Below the pieces are notes generated by a model. The model worked only from the letters and a program-made list of their open reading frames with translations. It ran no database searches and was not told the origin of the DNA. The position numbers and the translations under genes were made by a program. 64,000 bases of DNA from a virus (Duplodnaviria > Heunggongvirae > Uroviricota > Caudoviricetes). Numbering within the stretch: the stretch's first letter is position 1; every line of letters starts with the position of its first letter. Where the stretch lies: IMG/VR virus record IMGVR_UViG_3300042894_001948; one strand, written 5' to 3'. Positions 21,053-29,992 of the stretch are shown here, piece after piece.

Positions 21053-21896
21053 TGCATAGTTTTTGTGTATCAGGCACCTAACCAGATGCCTGTTCAACCC
21101 TAGCCTGCCCGCACGATCCTACAGCGGGGCCTGATATCCTTTAACTCGTTTAACCTTTGTAATTAGTCTAGCGGCTGCATCACCGTGTGTCATCATTACA
21201 CGCAGTTTGGTTGCGCTGGACATGTTATACATATATAATTTTTGTGTTAGCATATTGTTATAGTAAGTAAGTTAAAAAAATATATTATAGCAAGTAAACG
21301 CATAAAATGCAAGTATGTGTTTAACCGTGTAACCTTACAGCGGGGTCTTGATATAGCATGGTGATTCTTCTATATGGAATATCATACAATCCATACTAAC
21401 TAGCGCAAAATTTGCGTGTAAGCTGTTTTGTTGTGTATAGTGCTATAGCTGTATTGCTTAGTGTATAAACGTGCTGTGTACATGCGTTAAAACGTAAATT
21501 TTACATATATTGTTTTAATATTGTGTAAGTATTACACGCATACAATAAAACGTGCTAAGTTACAGCGGGGTATTATAGCATATGGCATTTCGAATAGTCA
21601 AATAGAGTTTGTTTATCAACTACCAAGAGATCAAACTACCAAGAGTCTCCAGGGACCGGAATACCGTTATGCCTAATAGAATTAAACAAAAGAAAAACCC
21701 CATATGTGTTATGCGGCACATACAGGGTTAAGTGGAGCGTGTGTATTCGGGTTGGTAGATAGAAATGTTAGTTAAGGTATCCGTACAGCGGGGTCAATGT
21801 GTGCTATACGTTTCAATATGGTCTAATGCTACAGCGGGGTCTTTTTGTAGTGTACAAATGCAAGCACTTACAACAAGTGCTTGCATTGTTTGTTGT

Positions 21897-22256
21897 TTAA
21901 TTAATTACAGTGTTTTTAACTTGTTTAACATACTTGTTAAACGTTTTTTTAGTTACACACTTAATGTAAGCATTGTTAATATTTGCTTGCGTTAAGTTAG
22001 CATTTTGCGCAAGTGTTAGCGTATAACTTACACTGTAAGTGCTTGCAAAACAAATATTTGCAACAAAAGCGCGTGTTACATAGCATAAAACATAGTTTTT
22101 ATTTGCTGTGTAAGTTACTTTTTTAGCGTGTTTTTGCTTTGTTGCTGTTACTTTGTTTGTTGCAACATAAGCATTAAGCACTTGCAGCATTGCTTGTTGC
22201 ATTGCGTTATTACTGTTTTTTTGTGCTTGTTTGCACGTAGCTGTTATTGTTTGCAT
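21897..22256 (-). CDS. Basic hypothetical protein lacking D, E, G, P and W
   Basis: Own promoter (~22320-22350) and hairpin terminator (21857-21887); start context like neighbouring genes. Confidence 0.65.
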   Translation of the reverse strand: MQTITATCKQAQKNSNNAMQQAMLQVLNAYVATNKVTATKQKHAKKVTYTANKNYVLCYVTRAFVANICFASTYSVSYTLTLAQNANLTQANINNAYIKCVTKKTFNKYVKQVKNTVIN

Positions 22257-22360
22257 AATATACACACTATAGTTAAATTGTTAAAAAGCGCGTGTTAAAC
22301 GTTATTGCTTAACACGCTTTATATTATACGCTTGTTATTTTAAATTGCAAGCGTTTTTTA

Positions 22361-22543
22361 TTAATTAAATGCACCGCAAAATCCAACTATTGCAATAGCA
22401 AACGGAACCGCAACAATCATAAACTCCAAAGCTGTTACCACGTGATCCATAACGCCCGTTTGTGCCGCAGTGCTGTATTGTTGTTTATGCGCTTGCGCTT
22501 GTTTGTTTAAAAATTTTGTAACTTGTTGTTGTTTAGTTTGCAT
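22361..22543 (-). CDS. Small membrane protein
   Basis: Promoter upstream; hydrophobic C-terminus. Confidence 0.6.
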   Translation of the reverse strand: MQTKQQQVTKFLNKQAQAHKQQYSTAAQTGVMDHVVTALEFMIVAVPFAIAIVGFCGAFN

Positions 22544-22666
22544 TGTAGTGTACTTTAGTAGTGTTAACAGTTAGCGTTATTGCTAACTTGTACATAGTAT
22601 AGCATAGTAAAAACAAAATGCAAATTTATTTTACAAGTTTATATCCATGGGATCCGTTAGTGTTGC

Positions 22667-22733
22667 GGGACCGGAATGCCGATTATATCCCAGGACCGGA
22701 ATGCCGATTATATCCCAGGACCGGAATGCCGAA
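22667..22733 (-). repeat. 25-bp tandem repeat GGACCGGAATGCCGATTATATCCCA (x2.6); further copies at 23731, 24309, 24333, 26581, 26606
   Basis: Directly visible. Confidence 0.9.
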
Positions 22734-22747
22734 TAATGACATGCCAT

Positions 22748-22773
22748 AAAAAACGAGCACCAAAGTGCCCGTT
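22748..22773 (-). terminator. Conserved terminator family (AAAAACGAGCAC...GTGCYCG on +); also 23758-23782, 24359-24387, 26679-26704
   Basis: GC stem plus U-tract on minus strand right after stop codons. Confidence 0.8.
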
Positions 22774-22786
22774 AGTTCACAAATCA

Positions 22787-22993
22787 CTACTTCGTGTTAG
22801 TCATATCGCTGTCCTTTGCCACGTCGCATCGTGTTGCATATCCTGTCAGTACACTTTCGTTCAGTCTGTCTAGTAGTCTTACTTCAACCATTCTAGCAGC
22901 TTGGCACTCCGCTTCTGTTTGGTATATCAGTGTGTTCTCAATTTCCTGTGCGCCAATAAACATCATAACTTTCAAAACAAATAGCGTAGTCAT
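22787..22993 (-). CDS. Hypothetical protein
   Basis: GGAG SD. Confidence 0.6.
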   Translation of the reverse strand: MTTLFVLKVMMFIGAQEIENTLIYQTEAECQAARMVEVRLLDRLNESVLTGYATRCDVAKDSDMTNTK

Positions 22994-23007
22994 TGTTCGT
23001 TCTCCAA

Positions 23008-23181
23008 TTAGTCTACTAACGCGCTAGCTCTAAGCGCCACAAAGTCTGTATACTTCATTGTTTCTTTTGTTTCTCTGCGTTCGCGTAATATGGCATCCCG
23101 TGTGCGTTCAGCTTGTCTACGGCTTCGTGTATCAATTAGTCTTGCGCTCAATACTGCTGTATATTCTTGTACCGTTTTCAT
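23008..23181 (-). CDS. Hypothetical protein
   Basis: GGAGCG SD. Confidence 0.55.
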   Translation of the reverse strand: MKTVQEYTAVLSARLIDTRSRRQAERTRDAILRERRETKETMKYTDFVALRASALVD

Positions 23182-23243
23182 CTTTACGCTCCAAATTATC
23201 ATTAAGTTAGTTTGTTTGCACGTCCGTGTGCTCCGTGTTAGCT

Positions 23244-23543
23244 TTATAGTCCGTACATTTCAGCTACGCTGTTTGCTACACGTCCGTCGGAGCCCCATTG
23301 TACTTTAATGCAACCCGGATGCTCATTGCCCAGTGCTGCTAACTTAGCAAGTGCCAATTCCCAAGTGTTTAACTTTTCCACAGGCTTCGGAGCATCAGCA
23401 CTTGTAAAGTAGCTTGCTGGAACACCTTTGCGTTCCTTTACACTGCTTTTACTTGTTTTCACTTTACCGCCGTTAGCTATAAATTGTTGCACTGCATTGC
23501 TTGTTGCTGTGTTTTTTGCTTGCTTTGCTGTATTAGTAAACAT
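23244..23543 (-). CDS. Hypothetical protein (F.A.GG.VK motif, similar to 24777..25043)
   Basis: Promoter upstream; shared motif. Confidence 0.6.
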   Translation of the reverse strand: MFTNTAKQAKNTATSNAVQQFIANGGKVKTSKSSVKERKGVPASYFTSADAPKPVEKLNTWELALAKLAALGNEHPGCIKVQWGSDGRVANSVAEMYGL

Positions 23544-23797
23544 AATTTGCACGCTGTAGTAGTGTTAACAGTTAAGCGTTATTACTTAACTTGCACATAG
23601 TATAGCATAGTAAAAACATAATGCAAATTTATTTTACAAGTAATTTAACCGTGTGTTCATTTGTTATACTATTTGATATGCCGGTACATGTACACATATA
23701 TACAGCGGGGTCTATTGGTAGTTCCTAGGACCGGAATGCCGAATAATAACATGCTATAAAAAACGAGCACCGAAGTGCTCGTCTTCATCAGCTTTTG

Positions 23798-24148
23798 TTA
23801 CAATCCGCTACAGCACAAGCAATCATACACAAACACTGTGTTCTGTAATGCCACGTTGTTTATGTAGTCCACTAAGTCCGCGTGCTCCTCAACTTCCTCT
23901 ATACACGCTTGTACCGCAGCATCGTCGTTCCATATGTCATCAGTTGCTGCCTTGTGCTCGTTGTATATCGCTGCTATCTTTAATACTATGTGTGTCGGAT
24001 GTGTCGTTGTGCTCCACTCCTCCGCAAAGCCCTCGTCCGCCAACAGTGCCAACACGCTCGTTTTGCTCGGATAGTACCCGGGCAATTTGCTTGTGTTTAC
24101 GTTAATTGTGTTAATTGCGTTTTTTACTGCTGTGTTTAATGTTTGCAT
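23798..24148 (-). CDS. Hypothetical protein (related to 26155..26460)
   Basis: Promoter and terminator flank; P.K...L..L.DE.F.E.W.T..HP.HI shared. Confidence 0.65.
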   Translation of the reverse strand: MQTLNTAVKNAINTINVNTSKLPGYYPSKTSVLALLADEGFAEEWSTTTHPTHIVLKIAAIYNEHKAATDDIWNDDAAVQACIEEVEEHADLVDYINNVALQNTVFVYDCLCCSGL

Positions 24149-24398
24149 AATATACACGCTATGTTTAGTTAACAGTTAAGCGTTATTGCTTAACTTGCAC
24201 ATAGTATAGCATAGTAAAAACAAAATGCAAATTTATTTTACAAGTTTGTATCCGTGTGGCCGCGTGTATGATATTCCGGCGAGTGATACATACGGAGATC
24301 TCCTAGGACCGGAATGCCGAATCATCACAGCACCGGAATGCCGGTTATAATACTGTTCAAAAAAACGAGCGCATCACTGCGCCCGTTCCCCGGAGTTG

Positions 24399-24764
24399 TT
24401 ACATTGCCATTACGTTGGCGTGTTGATGTTTCATACGCGTGATCATTGTTGGAATGTCAATGCAGTACACTAAGTCATACACATCGCTTTCCGTTGTACT
24501 TACTGTTCCAACTAAACTTGTATAATGGAGTTGTTCGACTAGGGTTACTACCTCAGCGTGTCGGCAGTTAGTAGTTGCCGATACTTCATCTAACAACACT
24601 TTCGCAACTGTCTTACGATCTTTAGCATTGAGTCTGTGGAAGCCATCTGATAGTAGCCGGGACACCTCTTTGTTCTCTTGTATGGAGTTATGAATCGTGT
24701 CTAAGCTGTCGTTTACATTCGTTAAAAACTTAATATGGTTTTTCAATACTTTTTGGATAATCAT
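24399..24764 (-). CDS. Hypothetical protein
   Basis: GGAGC SD; terminator follows. Confidence 0.6.
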   Translation of the reverse strand: MIIQKVLKNHIKFLTNVNDSLDTIHNSIQENKEVSRLLSDGFHRLNAKDRKTVAKVLLDEVSATTNCRHAEVVTLVEQLHYTSLVGTVSTTESDVYDLVYCIDIPTMITRMKHQHANVMAM

Positions 24765-24776
24765 TTTATGCTCCAC

Positions 24777-25043
24777 TTATCGTTTAGCTTTAATTGCCGC
24801 TTGTACCTGTTTGTTTAGCAATCCAATTGCCGCCAACTCCTCTTTAGCTTGTTCCCATGTGTATCGTTGTTTCTCTACTACAACAACTTGGGGAGTATGG
24901 ATTTGTGATACAGTAGTGCGTCCTCTGCGTCCTGTTTTAGTTGTTTTAATTTGTCCGCCGGTTGCTAAGAACATTGCTATACGAGCCGCTAACTCAGCTG
25001 CTTGTTGTTGTTTAACTTCGTTGTTCATAATACCTGTTGCCAT
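24777..25043 (-). CDS. Hypothetical protein
   Basis: GGAGCG SD. Confidence 0.65.
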   Translation of the reverse strand: MATGIMNNEVKQQQAAELAARIAMFLATGGQIKTTKTGRRGRTTVSQIHTPQVVVVEKQRYTWEQAKEELAAIGLLNKQVQAAIKAKR

Positions 25044-25264
25044 TATACACGCTCCGCTTTGTTAAAATCACACACAGTACATTCCTCGCCCCAAATGTCC
25101 TCACCGCTGTCTCCACAGCATTCGCATATACCTTCATACTCACAACACCAACATGGTTCATTGTTATCTGTTTCCATATTGTATAGTATACCAAGTCCGC
25201 CGCATGTTCTACATGTATCAACACGGCTTTGTTCGATTGCTTTAATATTATGTACTTGTTGCAT
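25043..25264 (-). CDS. Small Cys-rich zinc-finger protein
   Basis: Four CxxC pairs; promoter and SD. Confidence 0.65.
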   Translation of the reverse strand: MQQVHNIKAIEQSRVDTCRTCGGLGILYNMETDNNEPCWCCEYEGICECCGDSGEDIWGEECTVCDFNKAERV

Positions 25265-25374
25265 TTGCGCTCCGTTTTGCTTTAATGTAAAAACATATTA
25301 TACGCTATACACACGCGCATTGCAAGCACTTTTTATACCGTGTTGCCTGCGCGTGTGTATATGTACAGCGGGGC

Positions 25375-25779
25375 CTATGCAGCCACTGTGCTTATGTTAT
25401 CCAGTGCGTCTGCATTAGCTCTGTAAATCATATGCCCGTGTCTCGTATGCTCAATTACAATCCCGTTAGCCTCTGCCCACGCATCCAACTTAGCAGCTCG
25501 TAAACTCACTTTGTCCGCAAACTTTGGAGCACTCACTTTAACTGCAATAAAGCGTTGTCTGTAGTTCAAGTACACCTTACTGCGTATATACACATCCTCA
25601 ATGCCAGCTAACAACGCTTCCCCAGCAAGTAATTGCTGTTCGCTGTACAAGCCTTCGTTTTCCTCGTTGCGTCGTTTAACATCTGCAAGCACTACATAAG
25701 CCGGCAGCTTGAACTCCTCGGTGTTGTTAGCTACTAATGCGTTAATTGCGTTTAGTGTATTGTTAAGTAATTTTTGCAT
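25375..25779 (-). CDS. Hypothetical protein
   Basis: Promoter and GGAGCG SD. Confidence 0.7.
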   Translation of the reverse strand: MQKLLNNTLNAINALVANNTEEFKLPAYVVLADVKRRNEENEGLYSEQQLLAGEALLAGIEDVYIRSKVYLNYRQRFIAVKVSAPKFADKVSLRAAKLDAWAEANGIVIEHTRHGHMIYRANADALDNISTVAA

Positions 25780-25873
25780 AATGGCGCTCCGCTATTGTTT
25801 GTTTAGTTACACGTTAGCAATATTGCTAACGTGTTTGTATTATACATTGTTACTTGCAAATTGCAAGCAGTTT

Positions 25874-26068
25874 TTATCCTGCGTGTTCTACATACTCGCC
25901 ACGCGCTACTGCGTCCGCAGCTTCAAGCTCCTCTTTATAGAACTTGTTGATAGCATTGTTTGTTTCGAGATACGATTTGGAGTTTTTGGCTTGTGTACGC
26001 AATTGGCGTGTGAGCATGTTAATGTATTTGATACGCGCGGCGCTTGTGATGTAAAGTATTTTTGACAT
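25874..26068 (-). CDS. Hypothetical protein
   Basis: Own promoter. Confidence 0.6.
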   Translation of the reverse strand: MSKILYITSAARIKYINMLTRQLRTQAKNSKSYLETNNAINKFYKEELEAADAVARGEYVEHAG

Positions 26069-26154
26069 AGTAGTGTACGCTGTAGTTATAAGTTAGCTTA
26101 ATTGCTAACTTGTACATATTATAGCAAACTAAAACTGGTATGTAAAGAACTTTG

Positions 26155-26460
26155 TTACTCGTTCTCCCATCCCATACTCAGCAACCAGTTACTCACAAAC
26201 TCTGGATTCGCTATCAACATATCCGCATATGCTACTAAGTCCGGATGTTTCTTAACAACGACCTTTTCAAACTTTGCTATCTGCTTTTCAAGATTCCACA
26301 TCTTGTTATCACAGCTGTCAAACACTTCGCTTATCTGGTTGATGATGTGAGCCGGATGGTCAACAGTGCCGTATTGCTCGATGTACTCGTCATCCAGTAA
26401 CATGATTAAGATAGTTGAGGCTTTTGGCAAATGCGCTGGAGCTATAGTAAGTAGTGGCAT
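26155..26460 (-). CDS. Hypothetical protein
   Basis: Own promoter; paralog of 23798..24148. Confidence 0.65.
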   Translation of the reverse strand: MPLLTIAPAHLPKASTILIMLLDDEYIEQYGTVDHPAHIINQISEVFDSCDNKMWNLEKQIAKFEKVVVKKHPDLVAYADMLIANPEFVSNWLLSMGWENE

Positions 26461-26709
26461 AGTAGTGTACGCTATAGTTATAAGTTAGCTTAATTACTAA
26501 CTTGCATATAGTATAGCAAACTGCGTACTGGTTGTAAAGTGGTAATTTTATCGCATATCCACGCCCCGGGTCGTCCCTGACCGGAATGCCGATTATATCC
26601 TAGGACCGGAATGCCGATGATAAATAAAACCAAAATGGTGGTAGCTCACAGGACCGGCATTCCGGTACTTGAACAACCAAAAAAACGAGCACGCTAGGTG
26701 CTCGCCGTG

Positions 26710-26988
26710 TTATGCGGTTGCTACTTCAAGTTCACAGTGTATGCTATACTCCTCGCCATCGCCCCACTCTGCTTCGTGTAAGTTGCCTTCGAGGTCGTGG
26801 TAAAATATAACACCTGCACTCGTTACTTCAATATCGTCTGCAAAGTAGCTATACCATCCATCAGTTAGGATTAGTTCATATCCTGGACATGGACGGTAGA
26901 ATGTCGACATAGTGTATGGGACGGTAATAGCAGTTGCTTTAGTGGCTGCTACGAATGAGTTTAATGTTGCTATACGAGAATTTGACAT
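26710..26988 (-). CDS. Hypothetical protein
   Basis: Own promoter and terminator. Confidence 0.6.
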   Translation of the reverse strand: MSNSRIATLNSFVAATKATAITVPYTMSTFYRPCPGYELILTDGWYSYFADDIEVTSAGVIFYHDLEGNLHEAEWGDGEEYSIHCELEVATA

Positions 26989-27071
26989 AGTTTTATACAC
27001 GCTATTAAGTTAAGTAAGCGCATATTATACTATAGTATGCGCTGGTTGTAAAGAACTTTGTTACTCGTTTA

Positions 27072-27344
27072 TCACCCCTCCGGATAGCAGCCGGCTTCCA
27101 TCATTGCATATATAACTCGTTCTCTTGGTAGAGTATCTTGATATACCAGCGAGTTGATTAACTGATCGTAGTCGCCACTCTTCATATAACTAATTAAACA
27201 CTTTTGGTTGTACTTGCCATCTTCGATTGCTAAGTCCATAAAGTCCCATTCATCTGCTTCAGCATACTCTTTTGCTTGGGCATTAAAGTTAGTAACACAT
27301 TGTTTGAGGGTAGCGATTACAACAGGATTAGTAGTGTTTGGCAT
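27072..27344 (-). CDS. Hypothetical protein
   Basis: Own promoter. Confidence 0.65.
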   Translation of the reverse strand: MPNTTNPVVIATLKQCVTNFNAQAKEYAEADEWDFMDLAIEDGKYNQKCLISYMKSGDYDQLINSLVYQDTLPRERVIYAMMEAGCYPEG

Positions 27345-27667
27345 AGTAGTTTACACGCTGTAGTAGTTAAGTAAGTGTATATTATATAGTATAGCAAACG
27401 GCTTGTAAAGAACTTTGTTTACCGTTTGCCATACAATCGGAGTATTAGTCCCAATCGTCCCATTCACGATTGTTAATCTCGCCTAAGAAGTCATCTACAT
27501 CCTGATCCCAGTCTTCACCGAGTTCTGGTAGATCAGTTAACTTCACTTTAGTGTTTTCCAATACATCTTCTTCTGTTTGTGAATCTCTCAAGTCTCTCAT
27601 TGTAGTATTCCTAATAAAGTAAGTAAGTCGCCCCACCGTGCATATGTACACAGCGGGGCCTTTTGCC

Positions 27668-28075
27668 TTATGCTACTGCTAAGTCAGCTTCCAATAACTC
27701 TGCAGCTGCCGCAAAGTCTACATCCTCAGCTACCGTTGCTACTGTAGTAACTGTCGGCGCCAACACTTTTGCTTTAGCGTAAAAGTCAGCAAACGCTTGT
27801 TGCGCATCAACATCCTCAAAGTATGTTACCAATGGATCTTTGTCCTCAATTAACTTTTCATCATACTGCAATCCAACTAAGTAGTCCGCCGCTTGCAATT
27901 TTGTCATTGCGCTTGGCAACTCAATTAATCTAATGTCTGTGTGTCCGTTAGCTTGTAACACTTTGCCGCGCCCCGTGCTGTTCGCTACTCGCAATTTGTA
28001 CACACCGTTTAAGTTGCTTACGCCGGCAACTGTGAATGTTTTTTCTGCGGTTGTAGAAGTAATAATTTTAGACAT
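27668..28075 (-). CDS. Hypothetical protein, paralog of 45236..45745
   Basis: TTAEKTFTVAGVS...HTDIRLIELP.AMTK nearly identical in both. Confidence 0.8.
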   Translation of the reverse strand: MSKIITSTTAEKTFTVAGVSNLNGVYKLRVANSTGRGKVLQANGHTDIRLIELPSAMTKLQAADYLVGLQYDEKLIEDKDPLVTYFEDVDAQQAFADFYAKAKVLAPTVTTVATVAEDVDFAAAAELLEADLAVA

Positions 28076-28194
28076 TTTGTACGCTCCAAAAAAGTAATAA
28101 AAGTAAAGTTAAATTGTACTGCTTGGTTAAATTAGCTTGCTTGCTAACTTGTTACATATTATACAGCAATAAAACAAATTAGCAAGCACTTTGT

Positions 28195-28410
28195 TTACCG
28201 CTTGCCTTCTGCAATCAACGCATCAATACGCGCCACAATGCTCTCTGCGCTCTCAAGTGTTTCCCAGCCACCGTTGTTGTGGCGTCCATCTTGTACTGAA
28301 GTTTCCATAATTCCTGTGTTTCTGTTTTTATACTCCGACACTGTGATAGTAGTGTTAAAGTAGATAGTAACGATGTTGTTGCTTGTTGTAGTAATTTGTA
28401 ATTTATACAT
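28195..28410 (-). CDS. Hypothetical protein
   Basis: Own promoter. Confidence 0.6.
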   Translation of the reverse strand: MYKLQITTTSNNIVTIYFNTTITVSEYKNRNTGIMETSVQDGRHNNGGWETLESAESIVARIDALIAEGKR

Positions 28411-28639
28411 AATATTTACGCTGTAGTAGTTAAGTAAGTGTATAGTATAGCAAAACAATTTTGGTTTGTAAAGAACTAATTATATCACTAGTTCATACCA
28501 GTTCAACAATGCGATTGCGCTCATTAATACGATAGTAGTGAATACTGCGAAACTGTATAAAAACGACATATTGTGTAACTCCGTATATATTAAGTAAGTA
28601 TATAGTATAGCAAACTAGTTTTGGTTTGTAAAGAACTTT

Positions 28640-29212
28640 TTATTCGTTGTATGCTGCCATTACCAATCCCACATAATTCACTGTCTCCGGATATGGTGGT
28701 ATCTTATTCTTATGTCGCATCACTGCATGCTCGCCCGCATTGTAACCCGCAACCGCTAACTTTGGATCTTTGAATGTATCTAATAAGAACTTGAGGAACT
28801 TAACTCCACCATCTATATTCTGCTTTTCGTCTAATCGATCACTTACTCCAAACCTACTAGCAGTAGCCGGCATCAGTTGCATCAATCCAACTGCTCCCTT
28901 ATTACTTACTGCTGCCTTTCTATATGTGCTCTCAGTCTTTATTACTGCATGTACCAACTTCTCATCTACTCCATACTTGACTGCGGCTTTATGGACATAA
29001 TGATTGACTTCCCATCGAGTTAATGGTTTAGTCACAGTCTTTACTATAGTAGTAGGTTCTTGGCGAACTGGTTTGGCAGCTGTTTGGATCTCTGGTTTAA
29101 CTACCGGCGCATGATCTGTTAACCATACTCGCCCATCCGGTCCGGTATATCTATATACATCCGCATGTACCGGCATTACTACTATAGTAGCAAGTATCAC
29201 TGCCCGGATCAT
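28640..29212 (-). CDS. Lytic transglycosylase (SLT domain) with signal peptide and DUF4124-like N-terminus
   Basis: VIKTES, GAVGLMQLMPATA, AGYNAGE, PPYPETVNYV; ADVYRYTGPDGRV..TD. Confidence 0.9.
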   Translation of the reverse strand: MIRAVILATIVVMPVHADVYRYTGPDGRVWLTDHAPVVKPEIQTAAKPVRQEPTTIVKTVTKPLTRWEVNHYVHKAAVKYGVDEKLVHAVIKTESTYRKAAVSNKGAVGLMQLMPATASRFGVSDRLDEKQNIDGGVKFLKFLLDTFKDPKLAVAGYNAGEHAVMRHKNKIPPYPETVNYVGLVMAAYNE

Positions 29213-29505
29213 TTGACACAACTCTGCGCAAACTTGAGCATTGCGGCATATTGCGGATTGGATAGACAAGTTACTACTCTTACAAGTATATGACTAGCGT
29301 GAATCCAACATGGAATAAAGACTACTAACATTCCTACATAAGCAAGCAATAACTCTTTGGTTTCTAAATATCTGCTCCATTTGTACTGCGTCAACACTAC
29401 TATAGTAGTAGCTATAGTGAGTAACAGTAGTAAGGATACATCTGGGATTGTTTCTATGGCAACTTGCTTCACTAATACATCCTCAGGTACATTACATAAG
29501 TTCAT
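29209..29505 (-). CDS. Two-TM membrane protein
   Basis: Two hydrophobic stretches; promoter and SD. Confidence 0.65.
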   Translation of the reverse strand: MNLCNVPEDVLVKQVAIETIPDVSLLLLLTIATTIVVLTQYKWSRYLETKELLLAYVGMLVVFIPCWIHASHILVRVVTCLSNPQYAAMLKFAQSCVK

Positions 29506-29850
29506 TGCTTGCTCCGTTGTTGTTTAATATGTGTATAGTATAACACTATAGTATAGAGTTGTAAAGAACTAATTAACTCTTTACTTTCACGCGTATATGT
29601 GTTATACTATATTCATATATAATGCGCATAGTCTTTTATGTACAGCGGGGCCTTTTTGGTATCCAGGACTCTATAATTAAGACGATTTTAGGAAATTTAG
29701 CCCGCGTCGTTAGCGGTCTGTAGCGCGTCACTTTTGCGTTTTTACCCCACCCTAGTACCAGAGTACAGGGTATGGTTTGTAACCAGTCATTTAAACGGTC
29801 TCTTTTTCGCCCAGATTCTAGCTATAATGGATGTTTGAGTTGGTTTTAAT

Positions 29851-29976
29851 ATAAAGAAAAAAGACTCAAAACAAGGAGCGAATTTGCTTTGAGTCTAATA
29901 ATATACTATAGTATAAGGAGCGAGTTTATACTATAGTAAGAGTTTAGTATAGCAGGGAGCGAATCTACTATACTAT
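29851..29976 (-). ncRNA. Putative triple-hairpin small RNA / 3'UTR with A(U/C)UCGCUCC loops
   Basis: Three stems with the same 9-nt loop; mismatches are G-U on minus strand; U-tract at 3' end. Confidence 0.6.
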
Positions 29977-29992
29977 AGTATGCGAATGATTG

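Noticed and set aside
22667-22733. Possible CRISPR array (also 20977-21052, 26578-26617)
   Set aside because: Inter-repeat sequences are identical and only 10-20 bp; no unique spacers and no cas genes
29862-29975. CsrA/RsmA sponge on + strand (GGA in loops)
   Set aside because: Stem mismatches are A-C on + but G-U on minus, and the U-tract is on minus; not fully excluded
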